A stretch of 63,980 nucleotides of DNA, counting the filler, from Vicugna vicugna (lineage: Eukaryota), in the NCBI GenBank assembly GCA_013265495.1. It is 82 parts of 79 records of this genome, joined end to end, with 100 filler letters (N's around TTAATTAATTAA, not from the genome) between each part and the next. Parts side by side here need not be neighbours in the genome. Positions count along the whole stretch, not along the records: positions 61,952 to 62,783 come from MU059018.1; positions 62,884 to 63,980 come from MU059019.1; 80 more parts are not named here. One strand, written 5' to 3'. Shown one piece after another: positions 61,952-63,980 of the stretch. The notes under the pieces are model-generated. The model made no database searches. It saw only the letters and a program-made list of their open reading frames with translations, and was not told the DNA's origin. Positions within the stretch are counted from its first letter, which is position 1. Every line of letters starts with the position of its first letter. The position numbers were made by a program, and so were the translations under genes.

Positions 61952-62783
61952 AGTTGTGAGCATGTGGATTATTGAACTTTCATCCACCATACAAGGGCTA
62001 TATACACTGAGAAATATTTATTCTGACTTCATAGATTTTTTCTATCACCAGGTTCTAAAATCGGACATTTGACACTAGGAAACCCTCTTTGAGCGAATTC
62101 TCACCAAAACACATGTAATTTACATTGTTTACATAACCATGGAATTCCGTATTACGAACATGTTTCATGCANNNNNNNNNNNNNNNNNNNNNNNNNNNNN
62201 NNNNNNNNNNNNNNNNNNNNNNNNNNNNNNNNNNNNNNNNNNNNNNNNNNNNNNNNNNNNNNNNNNNNNNNNNNNNNNNNNNNNNNNNNNNNNNNNNNNN
62301 NNNNNNNNNNNNNNNNNNNNNNNNNNNNNNNNNNNNNNNNNNNNNNNNNNNNNNNNNNNNNNNNNNNNNNNNNNNNNNNNNNNNNNNNNNNNNNNNNNNN
62401 NNNNNNNNNNNNNNNNNNNNNNNNNNNNNNNNNNNNNNNNNNNNNNNNNNNNNNNNNNNNNNNNNNNNNNNNNNNNNNNNNNNNNNNNNNNNNNNNNNNN
62501 NNNNNNNNNNNNNNNNNNNNNNNNNNNNNNNNNNNNNNNNNNNNNNNNNNNNNNNNNNNNNNNNNNNNNNNNNNNNNNNNNNNNNNNNNNNNNNNNNNNN
62601 NNNNNNNNCCACCTAACAGTAATTTACATGAATTCCAACAACATGGCATTCCTGGGTTCTGTACATGCTACATGTATGAAGGATTCGGAAATCATGCTTT
62701 TCTGACTTGTGAGCATCTGGATTACTGTCCTTTCATCAACCGAAATAGGCGTATATAGACTAAGAAATATTTACTGTGACTTC
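61952..62783 (-). repeat. SAT-D satellite (gapped)
   Basis: SAT-D monomers. Confidence 0.89.
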
Positions 62784-62883
62784 NNNNNNNNNNNNNNNNN
62801 NNNNNNNNNNNNNNNNNNNNNNNNNNNTTAATTAATTAANNNNNNNNNNNNNNNNNNNNNNNNNNNNNNNNNNNNNNNNNNNN

Positions 62884-63980
62884 ATTTAGAATATAGAATG
62901 TAGAACACAGAATAGAGAATATACAATATGGAATGCAGAATAAAGTATACAGAATATCGAATATAGAACACAGAATATAGAACATAGAATAGAGTATATG
63001 GAACACAAAATATAAAACATGGAATGCAGAACACAGAATTTAGAATATAGAATACGGAATACTGAATGTAGAATTTAGAATATAGAATGTAGAACACAGA
63101 ATAGAGAATATACAATATGGAATGCAGAATAAAGTATACAGAATATCGAATATAGAACACAGAATATAGAACATAGAATAGAGTATATGGAACACAAAAT
63201 ATAAAACATGGAATGCAGAACACAGAATTTAGAATATAGAATGCAGAATACTGTATATAGAATTTAGAATAGAGAATGAATGACACAGAATATAGAATAT
63301 AGACAAAGGAATGGAGAATATAGTATATAGAATATAGAATGAAGAACACAAAATATACAATATAGAATAGAGAATATAGAACGCAGAATTTAGAAATGGA
63401 ATGCAGAACAGAGAATTTAGAATATAGAATAAAGAATACTGAATATAGAATNNNNNNNNNNNNNNNNNNNNNNNNNNNNNNNNNNNNNNNNNNNNNNNNN
63501 NNNNNNNNNNNNNNNNNNNNNNNNNNNNNNNNNNNNNNNNNNNNNNNNNNNNNNNNNATACTGAATATCGAATTTAGAATATAGAATGTAGAACACAGAA
63601 TATGGAATGTTAGATACGGAATGCAAAATATTGAATACAGAATATAGAATATAGAACACAGAATATAGAATATAGACTACGGAATGCAGAATATAGAATA
63701 TAGTATATAGAAAGATGAACACAGTATATAGAATATAGAATAGATTATATACAACCCAGAATTTTGAACATGGAAAGCAGAATACACTATTAAGTATATA
63801 GAATACAGAATACCGAATATGGATTATAGAACATGGAATGCAGAACCCAGAATATACAATATAGAATACGGGATAGTGGATAAAGAATTTAGAATATAGA
63901 ATTTAGAACACAGAATATACAATATAGAGTATAGGATATAGAACCCAGAATTAAGAACATGGAATGCAGAACACAGAATT
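62884..63980 (+). repeat. SAT-E with a 189-bp higher-order duplication
   Basis: ATTTAGAATATAGAATGTAGAACACAGAATAGAG at 62884 and 63073. Confidence 0.93.

Noticed and set aside
2686..62705. Many long ORFs consisting largely of X residues or ending in N/LIN
   Set aside because: They are produced by N gaps and the linker, not by real coding sequence.
396..62883. A regularly recurring TTAATTAATTAA separating variable blocks, superficially like a CRISPR or cassette array
   Set aside because: It is always embedded in exactly 44 Ns on each side, so it is an assembly linker. The DNA is mammalian and no cas genes are present.
62828..63349. Hydrophobic YILYSVF-rich ORFs resembling membrane proteins (also 12166-12557, 23251-23994, 39875-40945, 53243-53703)
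   Set aside because: They are translations of the (ATATTCT)n strand of SAT-E.

Overview
This window is not a contiguous locus. It is 82 small unplaced mammalian scaffolds (about 0.16-1.4 kb each, many with internal N gaps) joined by 81 copies of an artificial 100-bp linker, N44-TTAATTAATTAA-N44. A camelid-type tRNA-derived SINE (Vic-1-like) points to a camelid genome. 49 of the 82 pieces are satellite DNA in five families, named here for convenience. SAT-A is a GC-rich 267-bp monomer. SAT-C is made of divergent 255-267-bp monomers homologous to SAT-A, with alternating types. SAT-B is a 249-bp monomer. SAT-D is an AT-rich trimeric higher-order repeat (HOR) of about 740 bp, built from ~247-bp monomers homologous to SAT-B. 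SAT-E is built on the heptamer AGAATAT, with 126-bp and 189-bp higher-order units. The remaining pieces are L1, LTR, SINE and DNA-transposon fragments and anonymous single-copy DNA. The only recognisable host gene is exon 2 of the Y-linked heat-shock factor HSFY (17293-17768). I see no evidence of a new multi-gene system. The most interesting structure is that four of the satellites fall into two superfamilies, each with a monomeric form and a multimeric (HOR) form. Strand labels on satellites are relative orientations that I defined.
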